Below the pieces are notes generated by a model, which did not search any database, had not been told where the DNA came from, and saw nothing but the letters and a program-made list of their open reading frames with translations. 64,000 nucleotides of DNA from Candidatus Woesebacteria bacterium RIFCSPLOWO2_01_FULL_39_23 (GTDB lineage Bacteria > Patescibacteriota > Microgenomatia > UBA8517), in the NCBI GenBank assembly GCA_001793095.1, contig MGHG01000009.1, positions 15,450 to 79,449 of the forward strand. The letters run 5' to 3'. The translations under genes and the position numbers were made by a program. This document shows, piece by piece, positions 61,685-64,000 of this stretch. Position 1 is the first letter of the stretch. Each line of letters opens with the position of its first letter.

Positions 61685-62032
61685 TTAATTCTTTTCCTTA
61701 ACACTGTCAACAATTTTAGTAAAAGTTGTCGGATCGGTTGCAGCAATATCTGATAATATTTTCCTATCGAGCTCAATCTTTTTATTTTTTAATGCTGCAA
61801 TAAATTTGCTGTAACTTAAGCCTTCCTGTTTGACTGCAGCACTCAACCTCGTAATCCACAGCCTGCGTAAGGTTCGTTTTTTGTTTTTTCTACCGGCAAA
61901 AGCATATTGGCCAGCATGTAATAACGCCTCTTTACCTGCTTTGATACGCCTCTGTCGGGCATGTCTGAATCCACGCGTAGCAAGCCGGACTTTTCTGTGG
62001 CGCCTTGCTGTGATTGATTTTACTCTTGTCAT
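61685..62032 (-). CDS. rplT: 50S ribosomal protein L20
   Basis: MTRVK...RRHRK, GRKNKKR.LRRLWITR, YSKFI, LDRKILSDIA. Confidence 0.96.
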   Translation of the reverse strand: MTRVKSITARRHRKVRLATRGFRHARQRRIKAGKEALLHAGQYAFAGRKNKKRTLRRLWITRLSAAVKQEGLSYSKFIAALKNKKIELDRKILSDIAATDPTTFTKIVDSVKEKN

Positions 62033-62048
62033 AAATTTAGTAATTAGG

Positions 62049-62249
62049 TTATTTGGCGATTTTTATGATTTCATAATCTCCCGGATTATTACCAAGCAAA
62101 AGAGTTCTATCTTCGACATCTTGTCTTTTTGATGCAATTGCTATTAATCCTTCGCTTGTAAAACTGGCATGTTTGCCGGGATGAAGCTTTTTAAGCGTTT
62201 CAGTTAAATTGTTTATATGGTAACCAATAGTACGTTCGTTATTATTCAT
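62049..62249 (-). CDS. Hypothetical protein inserted between rpmI and rplT
   Basis: 66 aa ORF, 5 nt after the rpmI stop and 16 nt before the rplT start. Confidence 0.5.
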   Translation of the reverse strand: MNNNERTIGYHINNLTETLKKLHPGKHASFTSEGLIAIASKRQDVEDRTLLLGNNPGDYEIIKIAK

Positions 62250-62254
62250 GACTA

Positions 62255-62449
62255 TTATCTTCCTAATGCTTTTTTAATTTTCTTTGCGTAATAACCCGTT
62301 AACTCGATTTGCTTTTTCAACGCTCTTTTTCTTTTACTGCTTTTTTTTGCGTTAAGATGTCGCCTAAAACCTTGGTGTCTTAGTAATTTCCCCTTTTTTG
62401 TTACGCGTATTCTTTTTGTTATAATCTTTTTTGTTTTTTGTTTTCCCAT
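62255..62449 (-). CDS. rpmI: 50S ribosomal protein L35
   Basis: KQKTKK..KR.RVTKKGK, RHLNAKKSSKRKR. Confidence 0.93.
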   Translation of the reverse strand: MGKQKTKKIITKRIRVTKKGKLLRHQGFRRHLNAKKSSKRKRALKKQIELTGYYAKKIKKALGR

Positions 62450-62524
62450 AGTTTCGCTTCTTGAGCGCTCAATGATATATCATAACTCCCTCCTTGTGCA
62501 ACTTCAATTATAAAAATAGATAAT

Positions 62525-63082
62525 TTATTTTTGGTCATTTTCCGTTTCTGTTTGGAGTTTGGGTTTGTTGACCGGTGAAATAGTCATAGCTAAATGCCGG
62601 CCGAAAAATTTCGGTTCTGAATCTATTGTAATTGAACCACCGAGTTCATTGGTTGTTTTTGTTAAGAGGTCATATCCGAATTCTTTTCTACCCATTTGTC
62701 TTCCCTTGAAAACTACCACCAATCTGACTTTATTTTTATCAGCTAAAAACTCTTTCACTCTTTCTAGTCGGGTTGTGTAGTCATGATCACCGATGAAGGG
62801 GGAGAACCTGATTTCTTTCAATCCTCCACTTTTTGAACCTTTTTTTTCGCGCCGCAATTTTTTCTCTTCCTGATATCTAAATTTTCCAAGTTCTACAATT
62901 TTTGTTACGGGGGGTTTTGCGTTGGGGGCTATCTCGACTAAATCAAGCCCTGCCTTTCGTGCTTCATCGAGGGCTTGTGATAATTTCAATACTCCGATCT
63001 GTTTCCCGTCAGCACCGACTACCCGAACTTCCGGTGCATGTATCTGTTGATTAATTCTCCAATAAAGATTAGCTGTTTTCAA
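62525..63082 (-). CDS. infC: Translation initiation factor IF-3 (non-AUG start)
   Basis: INQQI.APEVRVV, LDLVEIAPNAKPPV, KEIRF, FKGRQ. Confidence 0.95.
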   Translation of the reverse strand: MKTANLYWRINQQIHAPEVRVVGADGKQIGVLKLSQALDEARKAGLDLVEIAPNAKPPVTKIVELGKFRYQEEKKLRREKKGSKSGGLKEIRFSPFIGDHDYTTRLERVKEFLADKNKVRLVVVFKGRQMGRKEFGYDLLTKTTNELGGSITIDSEPKFFGRHLAMTISPVNKPKLQTETENDQK

Positions 63083-63161
63083 TTTCCTTTAAGTTACATG
63101 AAGTTTACTGTATCTATGTTTTTCAATCAAGTATTTCTTTATTTGACAAGGTCCGACCTTG

Positions 63162-64000
63162 TCAGAACGATTTTTGATCGGATTTCCAGATAGCCTTATC
63201 ACCTATTTCATTTTTAATATTTTTTATAAAAATATCTAAGCTGAAAGGTCCGTCTGATTCGCCACTTCTTGCGCGTTGCATGACTGTATTTGTTTTCATC
63301 TCTCTGTCTCCGACTATTAACATATAATTTACTTTTTCATTTTGTGCATCACGTATTTTACCAGGCAGAGTTGCATTACGATCATCTAGTTCAGCTCTAA
63401 TATCGTTTTCGCGTAAAGTATTGCTAATTTTATTTGCATAATCCATGTGACGGGTTGAAATAGGCAAGACTTTTACCTGTACAGGAGAAAGCCAGGTTGG
63501 AAAATTGCCTCCGTAGTGCTCAATCAAAAAACCTATAAACCGCTCATGTGATCCGAGGGGGGCGCGATGGATTACAACCGCCAATTGTTTATTGCCTTTT
63601 GCGTCCGTATATTCAAGGTTAAATCTCGTAGGCATGTATAAATCGAGTTGGTTTGTGGAAATACCAAATTCCCTTCCAACAGATGAAGTTATATTAAAGT
63701 CTACTTTAGGTCCATAAAAAGCTGCTCCGCCAACATCATCAATATGTTTGATGGCTGATTTATCAATAGCATTGCGCATCATTTTTTCCGCTTTGTCCCA
63801 GAGAGCTTTGTCACCATGATATTTATCCCTTTTCTTCTCATCAGGTAAACCGATGACGATGTGATAGTCTTTTTTAGTTAAGCCAAGAGTGTTGTAATAG
63901 TATTCGTGTAACTTTAGAACGTCCAAAAACTCCTTTTCCGCCTGATCTTCAGTGCAGTAAATGTGTGCATCGTTTTGTTGAATGAATCTAACTCGCATTA
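63162..64000 (-). CDS. thrS: Threonine--tRNA ligase (3' part, runs off the window)
   Basis: RVR.IQQNDAHIYC, AAFYGPKVD, IHRAPLGSHERF, anticodon-binding domain. Confidence 0.95.
   Translation of the reverse strand, partial: MRVRFIQQNDAHIYCTEDQAEKEFLDVLKLHEYYYNTLGLTKKDYHIVIGLPDEKKRDKYHGDKALWDKAEKMMRNAIDKSAIKHIDDVGGAAFYGPKVDFNITSSVGREFGISTNQLDLYMPTRFNLEYTDAKGNKQLAVVIHRAPLGSHERFIGFLIEHYGGNFPTWLSPVQVKVLPISTRHMDYANKISNTLRENDIRAELDDRNATLPGKIRDAQNEKVNYMLIVGDREMKTNTVMQRARSGESDGPFSLDIFIKNIKNEIGDKAIWKSDQKSF

Overview
Chromosomal segment of a low-GC bacterium. Gene content, short housekeeping proteins, sparse Shine-Dalgarno use and a large type IV pilus locus suggest a CPR/Patescibacteria genome, probably Microgenomates; this is inference, not a database result. 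Core genes are dnaB, tRNA-Leu(CAA), efp, yebC, a Xer recombinase, gyrA/gyrB, hppA, rpsP, rnc, nusB, rpmF, recG, tyrS, a class A PBP, pheST, rplT/rpmI/infC and partial thrS. A ~25 kb type IV pilus cluster holds 11 prepilin-like genes, an embedded glycosylation cassette and a Cys-rich putative tip adhesin. The main non-coding signals are: (1) a covarying UUUCUUUG+hairpin, triplex-capable 5'-leader motif 8-9 nt before the start codons of efp, gyrA, rpsP and rpmF; (2) a pheM-like leader-peptide attenuator downstream of rplT; (3) a synonymously recoded duplicate of the gyrB C-terminus; (4) a dif-like site plus a half-site at the xer promoter; (5) a TrpR-like gene bracketed by two copies of a 24-bp palindrome; (6) several palindromic mini-elements inserted in frame into genes, especially prepilin leader peptides. 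No CRISPR array, rRNA, prophage or intact transposase was seen.
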